In this document: piece after piece, positions 19,701 through 28,914 of the stretch | Position numbering within the stretch: position 1 is the stretch's first letter | Layout of the letters: every line of letters starts with the position of its first letter | From: Pseudomonadota bacterium | GTDB lineage: Bacteria; Bdellovibrionota; Bdellovibrionia; Bdellovibrionales; Bdellovibrionaceae | Direction: 5' to 3' | DNA length: 64,000 nt | Assembly: GCA_041178425.1 (NCBI GenBank) | Contig: JBEGVH010000016.1 | Coordinates: 160,802 to 224,801 of the forward strand | Position numbers and translations under genes: made by a program | Notes under the pieces: model-generated | Told to the model about the DNA's origin: nothing | What the model saw: only the letters and a program-made list of their open reading frames with translations | Database searches by the model: none

Positions 19701-20957
19701 GTGAAATTAGAAGTAAAAATTCCTTCCGTAGGTGAATCAGTTACTGAAGCAACGGTATCTAGTTGGAACAAAAAGAGTGGTGAGTTTGTTCGTGCTAACG
19801 AATTACTCCTCCTTATTGAGACCGACAAAGCCAGTGTTGAAGTTGTAGCAGAAAAAGAAGGTGTTTTAACTATCACTACTGAAGCTGGCTCAACGGTTCC
19901 AATCGGAACAGTGGTTGGTTCTATTGATACCTCTGCCTCCGCCCCAGCGGCAGCCCCTTCCGCCTCAAAAGCTGCGCCAACCATAGCAACTCCTACTGCC
20001 GCCCCAGCAAGCGTTTCTGCTGCGGGTTTTGAAACATCGACTCATTTGAGTCCCGCAGTTCAAAAAATCGTAACAGAAAAAGGCTTAGATCCTTCTGAAA
20101 TTAAAGGAACAGGCAAAGATGGTCGTCTTACAAAGGAAGATGTTTTAACAGCTAAGCCAATGTCAGCGAGCACTGCGACAACCGCAGCTCCTATGACCAC
20201 TCCTCCCAAATCGGCACCAGTCACAATACCTGCACCCGCCCGCGTTGGTAGCCGCCAGGGAGAAATTGAGCGCGTGCCCATGAATAACATCCGTCGCCGT
20301 ATCGCCGAAAGATTGGTCGAAGCTCAGCACACGGCTGCCATTCTAACAACTTTCAATGAAATCGACATGACTCGCGTTAATGAGGTGCGAGCAAAATACA
20401 AAGACATCTTCAAAGAAAAATATGGCACAAGTCTCGGTTTCATGGGTTTCTTCACAAAGGCTGTCATTGAAGCACTCAAGGCCTATCCCGCAGTCAACGC
20501 CTCTATCGAAGGCACCGATATCATCTATAAAAAGTTTTTCAATATTGGTTGCGCTGTTGGAACTGAAAAAGGTCTCATCGTACCAGTGATCAAAGATGCA
20601 GACCTTCTCTCTATTGCAGGTATCGAACAGGCTATCAAACATTTTGCTTTAAAAGCCAGAGACGGAAAAATCACTGTTGATGATCTCTCAGGTGGTACAT
20701 TTACTCTTTCTAATGGTGGAGTGTACGGCTCGCTTATGTCGACGCCAATCTTGAATTATCCTCAGGTAGGGATTCTCGGTATGCATAAGGTTGAGGATCG
20801 ACCAATGGCTATCAATGGTAAGGTTGAGATTCGACCGATGATGTACGTGGCTCTTTCTTATGATCACCGAATTATCGATGGAAAAGAAGCCGTAGGCTTC
20901 CTTGTTAAAGTTAAAGAATGCGTTGAAAATCCAGAGCGCTTATTGTTGGAAATTTAG
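19701..20957 (+). CDS. sucB: dihydrolipoyllysine-residue succinyltransferase E2
   Basis: Lipoyl domain ETDKA, Ala/Pro linkers, [12 protein letters not shown], catalytic DHRIIDG. Confidence 0.97.
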   Translation: MKLEVKIPSVGESVTEATVSSWNKKSGEFVRANELLLLIETDKASVEVVAEKEGVLTITTEAGSTVPIGTVVGSIDTSASAPAAAPSASKAAPTIATPTAAPASVSAAGFETSTHLSPAVQKIVTEKGLDPSEIKGTGKDGRLTKEDVLTAKPMSASTATTAAPMTTPPKSAPVTIPAPARVGSRQGEIERVPMNNIRRRIAERLVEAQHTAAILTTFNEIDMTRVNEVRAKYKDIFKEKYGTSLGFMGFFTKAVIEALKAYPAVNASIEGTDIIYKKFFNIGCAVGTEKGLIVPVIKDADLLSIAGIEQAIKHFALKARDGKITVDDLSGGTFTLSNGGVYGSLMSTPILNYPQVGILGMHKVEDRPMAINGKVEIRPMMYVALSYDHRIIDGKEAVGFLVKVKECVENPERLLLEI

Positions 20958-20969
20958 TACGAGGTAATT

Positions 20970-22379
20970 ATGTCGGAAATGCAATTTGATGTTGTTTTTA
21001 TTGGCGCTGGTCCTGGTGGATACGTTGGAGCTATTCGAGCCGCTCAACTTGGTTTGAAAACGGCTATCATCGAAAAAGAAAAGACCTTCGGAGGCACGTG
21101 CCTCAATGTAGGCTGTATCCCATCAAAGGCCCTACTCGAGTCGTCAGAACACTTCGCCGCTGCCAAGCATGATTTCAGCAAACACGGAATCGAGCTCGAA
21201 GGTGTTAAGTTAAATCTACCTATGATGTTAGATCGTAAAGACAAAGTCGTAAAAGATCTAACTCAAGGAATTGCTTATTTGATGAAGAAAAACAAAATTA
21301 CCACCTTCAACGGTGTGGGTAAGATTGTTGGTGCCAATCAAATTGAAGTGACTATGAGCAATGGTCTCAAACCTGTTGTGACAGCAAAAAATATTGTGAT
21401 TGCAACCGGAAGTGCGCCCATCGAATTGCCCTTTTTAAAATTTGATGAAAAGCGCGTGGTGTCTTCAACAGGTGCTCTCTCTTTGACTGCAGTTCCAAAA
21501 CGTATGGCGATTATTGGAGCTGGTGTCATCGGCCTTGAAATGGGAAGCGTGTGGAGCCGCCTCGGAGCAGAAGTCACTTTTATCGAATTTGCAGATAAAA
21601 TTGGTGGCGCTATGGATGCGTCGACGATGATGGCTTTCCAGAAAATTCTCCAAAAGCAAGGCTTCAAGTTCTTACTCAAAACGAAGGTCGTTGGAGCCGA
21701 AGTCACCGATAAAGAGGTTTGCTTAAAATACGAATCGATGACGGACTCATCAACTAGCCTCAACGCTGACGTGGTGTTAGTGGCTGTAGGTCGCCGCCCA
21801 TACTCTTCGGGCCTCGGACTCCAAGAGCTCGGTATCGAGCTCGATAAGGCTGGACGAGTGGTTGTGAATGACCATTTTCAAACACCTCAATTTAAAAATA
21901 TCTATGCCATCGGTGATGTCATTCAAGGGCCTATGCTTGCCCATAAAGCTGAAGAAGAGGGTGTCGCTGTTGCGGAAATCATCGCTGGTCAAGCTGGACA
22001 CGTGAATTACAACACGGTTCCTGGGGTAATCTATACTTGGCCCGAAGTGGCCAGCGTCGGAATGACCGAAGAACACCTTAAAGAAAGCAACATTCCTTAT
22101 AAAGCAGGAACCTTTCCTTTCATGGCCAATGGCCGTGCAAAAGCTCTTGGATTTACAGAAGGACAAGCAAAAGTTTTAGCTCATCAAGAAACAGATAAGA
22201 TTTTAGGTGTCCACATCGTAGGCCCTCGTGCATCGGAACTCATCGGCGAGGCTGTTGTTGCGATGGAATTCGGAGGTAGTGCCGAGGATCTTGCTCGTAG
22301 CTTTCATGCCCACCCCACCCTCTCTGAAGTTGTGAGAGAGGCTGCGCTCAATGTTGATAAGCGCGCACGCCAAATGTAA
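20970..22379 (+). CDS. lpdA: dihydrolipoyl dehydrogenase E3
   Basis: GAGPGG, GGTCLNVGCIPSK, HAHPTLSE. Confidence 0.97.
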   Translation: MSEMQFDVVFIGAGPGGYVGAIRAAQLGLKTAIIEKEKTFGGTCLNVGCIPSKALLESSEHFAAAKHDFSKHGIELEGVKLNLPMMLDRKDKVVKDLTQGIAYLMKKNKITTFNGVGKIVGANQIEVTMSNGLKPVVTAKNIVIATGSAPIELPFLKFDEKRVVSSTGALSLTAVPKRMAIIGAGVIGLEMGSVWSRLGAEVTFIEFADKIGGAMDASTMMAFQKILQKQGFKFLLKTKVVGAEVTDKEVCLKYESMTDSSTSLNADVVLVAVGRRPYSSGLGLQELGIELDKAGRVVVNDHFQTPQFKNIYAIGDVIQGPMLAHKAEEEGVAVAEIIAGQAGHVNYNTVPGVIYTWPEVASVGMTEEHLKESNIPYKAGTFPFMANGRAKALGFTEGQAKVLAHQETDKILGVHIVGPRASELIGEAVVAMEFGGSAEDLARSFHAHPTLSEVVREAALNVDKRARQM

Positions 22380-22402
22380 TTCTCTCCAGATGTGAAGACC
22401 AC

Positions 22403-22432
22403 AAAAGCCCCTAAAACTAGGGGCTTTTTTTT
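22403..22432 (+). terminator. intrinsic terminator of sucAB-lpdA
   Basis: AAAAGCCCCTA-AAAC-TAGGGGCTTTTTTTT. Confidence 0.85.
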
Positions 22433-22450
22433 ATTTAATATTTAAACAAT

Positions 22451-22477
22451 CTTAACAGTTCCTTAAATATCCCTTAA
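22451..22477 (+). promoter_or_regulatory. tandem CTTAA repeats with 11-bp period (OmpR/PhoB-family, PmrA/QseB-like box candidate)
   Basis: CTTAA at 22451, 22462 and 22473. Confidence 0.45.
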
Positions 22478-22615
22478 CAATCTTTCACTACATTAAACCT
22501 AAACACTGTAGCCTTATTTTTAATACAGTAATTACAAATCGAATCGTGGATAGCTCATGACACAATCTCAGGGACATAAGAGATTGCCACGATGCAACGT
22601 TTTGGGAGGGACACC

Positions 22616-23149
22616 ATGGAGTTTGTTTTATCTTTTATAATCTATTTTACTTTAGCACCAATTGTTCTTGGTTGGCTGCTAATTACAATAAGTCCTCTAA
22701 TTATTTTTTTATTGGCGACTGTATATTTGATTCAAATTGCCAGTGAAACGGAAGAAGTCACTGACGACTCTTGTATCTTAGTGGTAGATGACGAGTTTCA
22801 ATCTGTTCTTCCACTTATCAACTTACTAGAGAAAGCGAAAATTCCATTTAGATATGCAAAAAGTGGGGTTGAAGCAATTAATGAGCTTAGCCATAGGCAT
22901 TTTCGACTTATTTTTATGGATTTTTATATGCCAAACCTCACAGGAGTCGAAACCCTCAATCGAGCTGACAAAGTCATCGACGAGCAAGCGCCCCCTACAC
23001 CGGTCATCTTTTATAGCGGCAAGGGAGATTTTGCCTATTCTTCATTAGCTTTCCGCCATCTTTCGGTTGTTGATCGCTGGAGCAAATCTATGAACCTGCA
23101 GAATTTAGGCCTTCAACTCCACCGCTATTTAGACTTGAATCCGAGCTGA
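22616..23149 (+). CDS. membrane-anchored single receiver-domain response regulator
   Basis: GGGAGG RBS before ATG 22616; ~40-aa hydrophobic N-terminus, then ILVVDDE, IFMDFYMPNLTG, FYSG and a conserved Lys. Confidence 0.8.
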   Translation: MEFVLSFIIYFTLAPIVLGWLLITISPLIIFLLATVYLIQIASETEEVTDDSCILVVDDEFQSVLPLINLLEKAKIPFRYAKSGVEAINELSHRHFRLIFMDFYMPNLTGVETLNRADKVIDEQAPPTPVIFYSGKGDFAYSSLAFRHLSVVDRWSKSMNLQNLGLQLHRYLDLNPS

Positions 23150-23166
23150 TACCTTACCCACCTCAC

Positions 23167-23198
23167 CGCAGAGGTCTCCGGCTCGGGAGGCCTCTGCG
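23167..23198. terminator. GC-rich hairpin between convergent genes
   Basis: CGCAGAGGTCTCC...GGAGGCCTCTGCG; no clear U-tract. Confidence 0.5.
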
Positions 23199-23219
23199 TC
23201 CCTCCAGTTTTAGCGTCGT

Positions 23220-24470
23220 CTACCCTCCTAAAACCTCCACTAAACGCTTTTTATTAAGATCCGATTCCCACGCTGAAACGGCAATTGTCGCAACTCCATT
23301 TCCAATCATATTTGTAATCGCTCGAGCTTCAGACATGAATCGATCAATTCCAATGAGCAGGGCAAGCCCCTGGATGGGAATGGTTGGCACCACAGAGAGA
23401 GTTGCCGCAAGAGTGATGAATCCAGCTCCGGTTACTCCCGAAGCTCCTTTTGAAGTGATCATTGCCACTCCCAAAAGTGTCAGCTGCTGCACCCATGTTA
23501 ACTCTTGATTCAATGCTTGGGCGACAAATAGGGCCGCCATACTTAAATAGATATTAGTTCCATCCAAATTGAAGGAATATCCCGCCGGCATTACGAGCCC
23601 CACGACTGAACGAGAACAGCCTAAATTTTCAAGTTTATGCATCAGTGGAACTAATGCACTTTCGGAGGATGACGTTCCAAGAACAGTCAAAAGCTCTTCT
23701 TTAATATAGGCTAAGAAACGAAAAATACTAAACCCTACCCAGCGGGCAATAAAGCCTAAGATGAGTACAACAAAAATCAAGCACGTCAGATAGAAGGTTC
23801 CCATGAGTGAGAATAGAGGCCGAAGGGATTGCAATCCGTATTTACCAATGGTGAAAGCCATAGCACCACCAGCTCCTATTGGTGCAAGCCTCATCACCGC
23901 ATTCATCATAGCAAAAAAGATATGCGACACTGAATCTATAAAATGGTGAACGGGCTTACCTTTCTCACCCATGTGATTCATGGCATAGCCAAAAAGCAAC
24001 GCAACCACCATAACCTGAAGTAAGTCACCTTTTCCTGTAAATGCATCTAAAAATGAAGTGGGTATTAAATGCAGAAAAAATTGAACAATCGAAGTCTCTT
24101 TTGCCTTTTGTGCATATTCACCCACAATCGCACCATCAAGACTATTAGGATCGATATTAAATCCTAAACCAGGCTTTATTGTGTTGACCAAAATTAATCC
24201 AATGATCAGAGCCAGCGTAGATACAATTTCAAAATAAAACAGCGCTTTAATGCCCACTCGCCCCACTTTTTTTAAATCCCCCGCATTTGCGACGCCAAGA
24301 ACAACTGTGCAAAAAACTATGGGCCCCACCAGCATTTTGATTAATGAAATAAAGCCATCCCCCAGAGGCTTCAACGCCACGCCCAATTCTGGCCAGTAAT
24401 AGCCAGTGAACCCACCTAAAATAATAAAGACGATGACCCAAAGGTACAGTTTCGAGCTTGAAGTTTTCAT
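23220..24470 (-). CDS. dctA: C4-dicarboxylate/H+ symporter (DAACS family)
   Basis: [52 protein letters not shown]. Confidence 0.93.
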   Translation of the reverse strand: MKTSSSKLYLWVIVFIILGGFTGYYWPELGVALKPLGDGFISLIKMLVGPIVFCTVVLGVANAGDLKKVGRVGIKALFYFEIVSTLALIIGLILVNTIKPGLGFNIDPNSLDGAIVGEYAQKAKETSIVQFFLHLIPTSFLDAFTGKGDLLQVMVVALLFGYAMNHMGEKGKPVHHFIDSVSHIFFAMMNAVMRLAPIGAGGAMAFTIGKYGLQSLRPLFSLMGTFYLTCLIFVVLILGFIARWVGFSIFRFLAYIKEELLTVLGTSSSESALVPLMHKLENLGCSRSVVGLVMPAGYSFNLDGTNIYLSMAALFVAQALNQELTWVQQLTLLGVAMITSKGASGVTGAGFITLAATLSVVPTIPIQGLALLIGIDRFMSEARAITNMIGNGVATIAVSAWESDLNKKRLVEVLGG

Positions 24471-24579
24471 AAGTCCTCAGCGATGAATGCGTTAGTTCCA
24501 TAAACGTCGCACGGCGCTCGTCATTATGGAAGGTCTTTCCACTTGCCAAACAAATGTAATAACGACTACGCTTTCTGCT

Positions 24580-25296
24580 ATGAATTTAAAAAATAATTTC
24601 CTTATCGTGTTTGTCGTTTTCGTTCTATCAACCACATTGAACCACAGTAGCTTTGCTCAAACTGAGCAAGAAACTCTTGCTCAATCGGCTGGAGAAAAAG
24701 AAGCCAATCAAGTTGTCCTCTCCATGAAAATGGACACCAAGAAACATGTTTTCATTAAAAAATCTCTTGATCATATTTTTAAACTTGTTGTCTATCGACT
24801 CAACCAAAGAGGCCTCACAAAAGAAGCACTTCAAATTCAAAATGAATGGAATCAAGTGAAGTCTTTTTATTTTCAGGCTGGGTTTGATAGTTTTCAGCTG
24901 GGTGATCATCCGCCTCTCAGCCATTGGCTCACAGAGACCTACAACTATATTGAAAGTCTAATAGGTAATCGACTTTGCGTCATGTATCATATTAACGATA
25001 TCAAACTGATTAATTACGGCATTCCTGTTTCACTCTCACCAGAGATAAACACCACGACTCAAACCCCCTGGGGCCAAGAGGAATATTTAGCCCACTTTGT
25101 TCCAATGGCAGGCGCGGTCTCTTATTGGTCAGGAGTGATGGTATGCGAAGCTGCACTCCAATCCGTTGCCTCTATGTTTTGCTCGGCCTCTCTTGAGATT
25201 TCTCGATACGGAATTGAAGAATTTCTAGCCCCTTGGGTTGGCGAGCAGATCTATGAGCATTATAACCCTAAGCCCACAAATCCAACAAGGCCCTAA
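24580..25296 (+). CDS. hypothetical secreted protein
   Basis: Signal peptide ending SFA|Q; TTGCCA-18-TACGCT promoter-like element 7 nt before ATG 24580. Confidence 0.7.
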   Translation: MNLKNNFLIVFVVFVLSTTLNHSSFAQTEQETLAQSAGEKEANQVVLSMKMDTKKHVFIKKSLDHIFKLVVYRLNQRGLTKEALQIQNEWNQVKSFYFQAGFDSFQLGDHPPLSHWLTETYNYIESLIGNRLCVMYHINDIKLINYGIPVSLSPEINTTTQTPWGQEEYLAHFVPMAGAVSYWSGVMVCEAALQSVASMFCSASLEISRYGIEEFLAPWVGEQIYEHYNPKPTNPTRP

Positions 25297-25306
25297 AGGA
25301 TACCTC

Positions 25307-26095
25307 TTATTTTTGATCGGCGTCGCAGGCCTTTATCGCTTCACTAGAAAGCATATAGGCCAAATAGTCCGATGCTTTTTGAGTTAAAGGAACACTCACA
25401 GAAAGTAGTAAATGCGGATTGGGTCCGAGCTTGTCCTCTCTCGTCTCGTTCTTGAAAAAGTTATCATTCTCGTCCATTTCAAAAATCACAAATAGAGGAT
25501 CATTTCCCGGTTCAGGTTTTTTGCCGTTGATCAACTTATGAGAATTCATACTGGCAACTGCACAACTTCCCTTCATGGGGTACCTTTGATTATTTTTGGT
25601 TATTAGATCGGCAAAACAAAAGAGCTCGTCCTCCTCAAAACGAACCTCAAAATTTTCTAGCTGAAATTGATTTTCCAATTTCGTGAAGGCTTCCATGGGC
25701 TGTTTCGTGGACTCTTGTTCAGTCCATTGACAGCCATGAATATTCAGCTTTCCAACTTCAAAAAGAACTTTGCTATTAGGAACACAGGCATTTGATTTAA
25801 ATTCAGAAACACTTGCCGGCGTTAAATCGTTGACGTCTTCAACTTCAATTTCACAAGATTTCAATGCCACTTTGTTACGAACGTAAACCGGAATTTCAAA
25901 ACGATTTTCTGCTTCCAATAAAATTCCTAGAAGTGGATAGTCACCCGCATCATCATCACTGTTTGAATCGAGAGTGGTCTCTTTAGCGTCAATCTCTTGC
26001 TCTAATTGCGAGATAGCGGCCTGAGCGCCAAAGAGCGTTACCAAGCTAACCGCACACAAAACACTGTAAAGGTATTTCTTCTGGAGAATTTTCAT
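25307..26095 (-). CDS. hypothetical secreted acidic protein
   Basis: Signal peptide ending AQA; ATGA overlap with the upstream SLT-like gene. Confidence 0.7.
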   Translation of the reverse strand: MKILQKKYLYSVLCAVSLVTLFGAQAAISQLEQEIDAKETTLDSNSDDDAGDYPLLGILLEAENRFEIPVYVRNKVALKSCEIEVEDVNDLTPASVSEFKSNACVPNSKVLFEVGKLNIHGCQWTEQESTKQPMEAFTKLENQFQLENFEVRFEEDELFCFADLITKNNQRYPMKGSCAVASMNSHKLINGKKPEPGNDPLFVIFEMDENDNFFKNETREDKLGPNPHLLLSVSVPLTQKASDYLAYMLSSEAIKACDADQK

Positions 26096-26925
26096 AGATT
26101 TCCACTCCTGACGTGACCGTAATGTTTCGCTGAACGCCGGCTATGACTATAGCGCGAACCAACTTTTTTACCGCCACAAGTTTTATATCGACGACATTGG
26201 GACTTAACACCCACACGAACCTGCTGCGCTGGTGAATTAGTCTTCCATAGACCTGTTCGTACACAATTCGAAACAAAGCGCCCGTACGCATATTTATATC
26301 GTGGGTGCCCATTGTATCTCTGAGCGAGTGCCTCACTTGATTTTAGCCCACTATGCTTTGCTTCTGCACAGAGGTGCGTTGCCGCCATAGCTACGGCTGT
26401 GTCACGATCCAGCGCGTGGCGACGATTGAGAACACATTTGTTGTCTTTCTCATTTGGACGCCCAACTAAATCCCAAAAATAATCATAGTTATCACCCAAC
26501 CCTGTCGAAAATGATTGCCTCACATAGGAAACTCCAGCAGATGTGAACTGACTCATACCACAGCCATTTTTTCCACACGGGTTATTCGAATACCGACCCA
26601 CTTCGCGTTTGAAAATACACATCAGCAATGGGGCGGTGACTTTATTTTTACACCGAGGTTCTCTCTCATAGGCCTTCTCTGCTTGTTGTGCCACCCATTG
26701 AATACAACTAAAGCTTCTCTCTTGTTTTTTTCCATTGATCGCGGAACACTGGCGAGCAACTTCGGATCCATCGGAATCGACCTGGGGCGGTGCGACCTGA
26801 GCCCTACAATAATTCAGCTTTTTGTGAGTTTTCTGGTGTTTGCGCGCGAAGGTCGTCTCGTGCGCAAACAATAAAGCCAATAACAAGCCGAATTTAAAAA
26901 ATAAATTCAAAGATAAAGATTTCAT
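26092..26925 (-). CDS. secreted Cys-rich lytic-transglycosylase/lysozyme-fold-like protein
   Basis: Signal peptide ending TFA; 'IFKREVG', 'GMSQF' and 'QRYNG' occur in SLT motif order. Confidence 0.55.
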   Translation of the reverse strand: MKSLSLNLFFKFGLLLALLFAHETTFARKHQKTHKKLNYCRAQVAPPQVDSDGSEVARQCSAINGKKQERSFSCIQWVAQQAEKAYEREPRCKNKVTAPLLMCIFKREVGRYSNNPCGKNGCGMSQFTSAGVSYVRQSFSTGLGDNYDYFWDLVGRPNEKDNKCVLNRRHALDRDTAVAMAATHLCAEAKHSGLKSSEALAQRYNGHPRYKYAYGRFVSNCVRTGLWKTNSPAQQVRVGVKSQCRRYKTCGGKKVGSRYSHSRRSAKHYGHVRSGNL

Positions 26926-26938
26926 GTCATTATGACAA

Positions 26939-26954
26939 TACAAAGAGGATGCCA
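26939..26954 (-). promoter_or_regulatory. sigma54-like promoter (variant -12)
   Basis: TGGCAT-CCTCT-TTGTA on the minus strand, 13 nt before ATG 26925; same variant as at 9209-9224. Confidence 0.45.
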
Positions 26955-27133
26955 GTCTCGACACCCATCTCTTAAAACTCTAAATCAAAATAAACATCTT
27001 CCAGATCAAAAGCGTCTCAAAGTGATACAACCCTTGGCCGCCCGAAAAACCTTATTTTCAAATGTAACAAAATTCATTTGTCATTGATCAAACTGTCGAC
27101 ACTCGATGCTATACGCCCCTCGATCAAAAAGGC

Positions 27134-28630
27134 CTATCTCGCCAAGAGGGACCACTCGACTAATTTATCTAGTATTCTTGAGAGCGGCATTTTTTGCGCT
27201 GAACCGCGTACGCCAATATTAAAATATTCAGTCGGTAATGGCATGACTCCCTCCCAAACAGGGAGTGTTTCTTCTCCATTAACAAACGCCATCGACCCAT
27301 CTGCAGGTTTCCAAAGCATATCAGGATGAGCTTGCTGATACCATTCTCCCCCGATGATGTTAGCGTCTTTATCCAATTCGAGATCGTAGTAATAAGTCAC
27401 TGCCACTAATCTCTCTAATGGGTTACTGATTGAGTTACGATGATTAGCATCCTCCTCCACCACATATTGAATATCTGAAATCACACCAACGAGGTATTCA
27501 GTGCCCGGTGATCGATATTTTTTATAAGGATCTTTTTTAACGTCAGAGTATTTGACAATGGAATTTTCTAAACTGGTTATTTTCTGAGTTTCGGGATTAA
27601 AATAGCTCAAACGATAACTAGAAATCGGTTGATTCCAAACTTCGTAATCATAGGTCGCATCAAGCACAAAACTTTGTTTTTTTAGTCCAACCCAGTGAGT
27701 GAGAGCCAGATGCCAAGTAGACGGGTTCACATCAAAGCATTCCGAGCTAATAACTCTCCCATTAGAGTCGGTTTTTGGATGCTTATCATTACAACGCCCA
27801 CCAAGAAAATTATAGTTAAAGCTTGCTTGAGCCCAGAGCTGTGAAATGAGTCCCTTGAGGTCATGGGGATAAATACGTAGAGTGCCTTTTTCTTCTTTGA
27901 GATCAATGTCAAAGGCCTTCTTTGGTTCAGGAACACTAAACGCTGCAGGTGCCCAGCCATGACAAATTCCAAACCAAGTTTCAACTTTTCCATACATATC
28001 TTGGTATATTTTCCCCTCGGTCCAAACCGCTTGGGTTAGGCTCCATTTTTTATCTCCGAGAAGGTAATCATACTTTTCTGCGGGAGATAGTTTTCCAAGT
28101 TCATCAGGATCACCATTTAAGGGCTTGAGATAATTATTTTGATAGTACTTATAATTTATTTTGAAGCTTTCTGAGCGCGGAAATTTAGGATCTGCATAGC
28201 GATTTCCAAGACCGCCTTGATACATGGGCCAATAATAGCCTGCCCAAGGGATTTCTTTTACGTTTCCTTCATCCAAGGCTGATAACTTTAAAATATTTCT
28301 TTCGTAGCCTCCTCCCAGAAAGGCCCTCAATTGAATTTCATCACTAAATAATTCAAAAAGCTGGTATTCTGCCGAGTCCTGACAAACTTCTCCGGGAGCA
28401 CTGGCCTTACAAAGCTTTTTGCTACGAAAGTCATCTTTTGCGGCCACAAAAGCTTTTCTAGAGATATCTGTGCTTGAGAATTTCAAAATGGAAGCAGCTC
28501 CTGTTTTTCTGGGAAGCTCTTCAGAAGCAAGTGCCGGATCTTTAAAATGTCTCTCTAAGAAGCTATGGTCTTGAGCTAATGCTATATTTTTAATCAAAAC
28601 TATTAGGGTTAAGATAAAAAGTTGTTTCAC
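27134..28630 (-). CDS. secreted transglutaminase-elicitor (GP42-like) family protein
   Basis: PWAGYYWP, LSPAEKYD, WFGICHGWAPAA, DLKGL, GGRC, DVNPSTWH, EVWNQP. GTG start after AAGGGGG. Confidence 0.75.
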   Translation of the reverse strand: MKQLFILTLIVLIKNIALAQDHSFLERHFKDPALASEELPRKTGAASILKFSSTDISRKAFVAAKDDFRSKKLCKASAPGEVCQDSAEYQLFELFSDEIQLRAFLGGGYERNILKLSALDEGNVKEIPWAGYYWPMYQGGLGNRYADPKFPRSESFKINYKYYQNNYLKPLNGDPDELGKLSPAEKYDYLLGDKKWSLTQAVWTEGKIYQDMYGKVETWFGICHGWAPAAFSVPEPKKAFDIDLKEEKGTLRIYPHDLKGLISQLWAQASFNYNFLGGRCNDKHPKTDSNGRVISSECFDVNPSTWHLALTHWVGLKKQSFVLDATYDYEVWNQPISSYRLSYFNPETQKITSLENSIVKYSDVKKDPYKKYRSPGTEYLVGVISDIQYVVEEDANHRNSISNPLERLVAVTYYYDLELDKDANIIGGEWYQQAHPDMLWKPADGSMAFVNGEETLPVWEGVMPLPTEYFNIGVRGSAQKMPLSRILDKLVEWSLLAR

Positions 28631-28784
28631 AACGTACCCCCTTCTTGCCTCTTCATTACCCCTGGTTTTGTCACCTTCTACAGAGGAGTCAATTGCAAGC
28701 GGCAATTTGTCTGAATCTTAATCCATAATGGTTGAAATAGTCCCACGACCGATCTATTGTCGCCTCCATGAATTGGAGGCACTT

Positions 28785-28874
28785 ATGAAAGTAAAAAAAG
28801 TCCGCAAAGCTAACAAACTTCACGCACGACGTTTGGCGAAGAAAAGAAAACTGATCAAAAAAAATAAAAAGTAA
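28785..28874 (+). CDS. 29-aa highly basic peptide (below the ORF-track cutoff)
   Basis: GGAGG RBS 5 nt before ATG; MKVKKVRKANKLHARRLAKKRKLIKKNKK*; followed by a terminator hairpin. Confidence 0.65.
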   Translation: MKVKKVRKANKLHARRLAKKRKLIKKNKK

Positions 28875-28881
28875 AGTTTAC

Positions 28882-28914
28882 GGGTGAGTCTTAAAGGACT
28901 CACCCTCATTTTTT
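28882..28914 (+). terminator. intrinsic terminator after the basic peptide gene
   Basis: GGGTGAGTC-TTAAAG-GACTCACCC then TCATTTTTT. Confidence 0.7.

Noticed and set aside
16903..22166. Many antisense and alternate-frame ORFs inside sucA, sucB and lpdA (and similarly inside proS, kdsA, prs and others)
   Set aside because: They lie within well-supported genes, show no recognisable motif, and are the expected shadows of biased codon usage.
28729..28755. sigma28 promoter for the basic peptide gene
   Set aside because: A CCGAT -10-like element is present, but there is no TAAA-like -35 at the 15-bp spacing.
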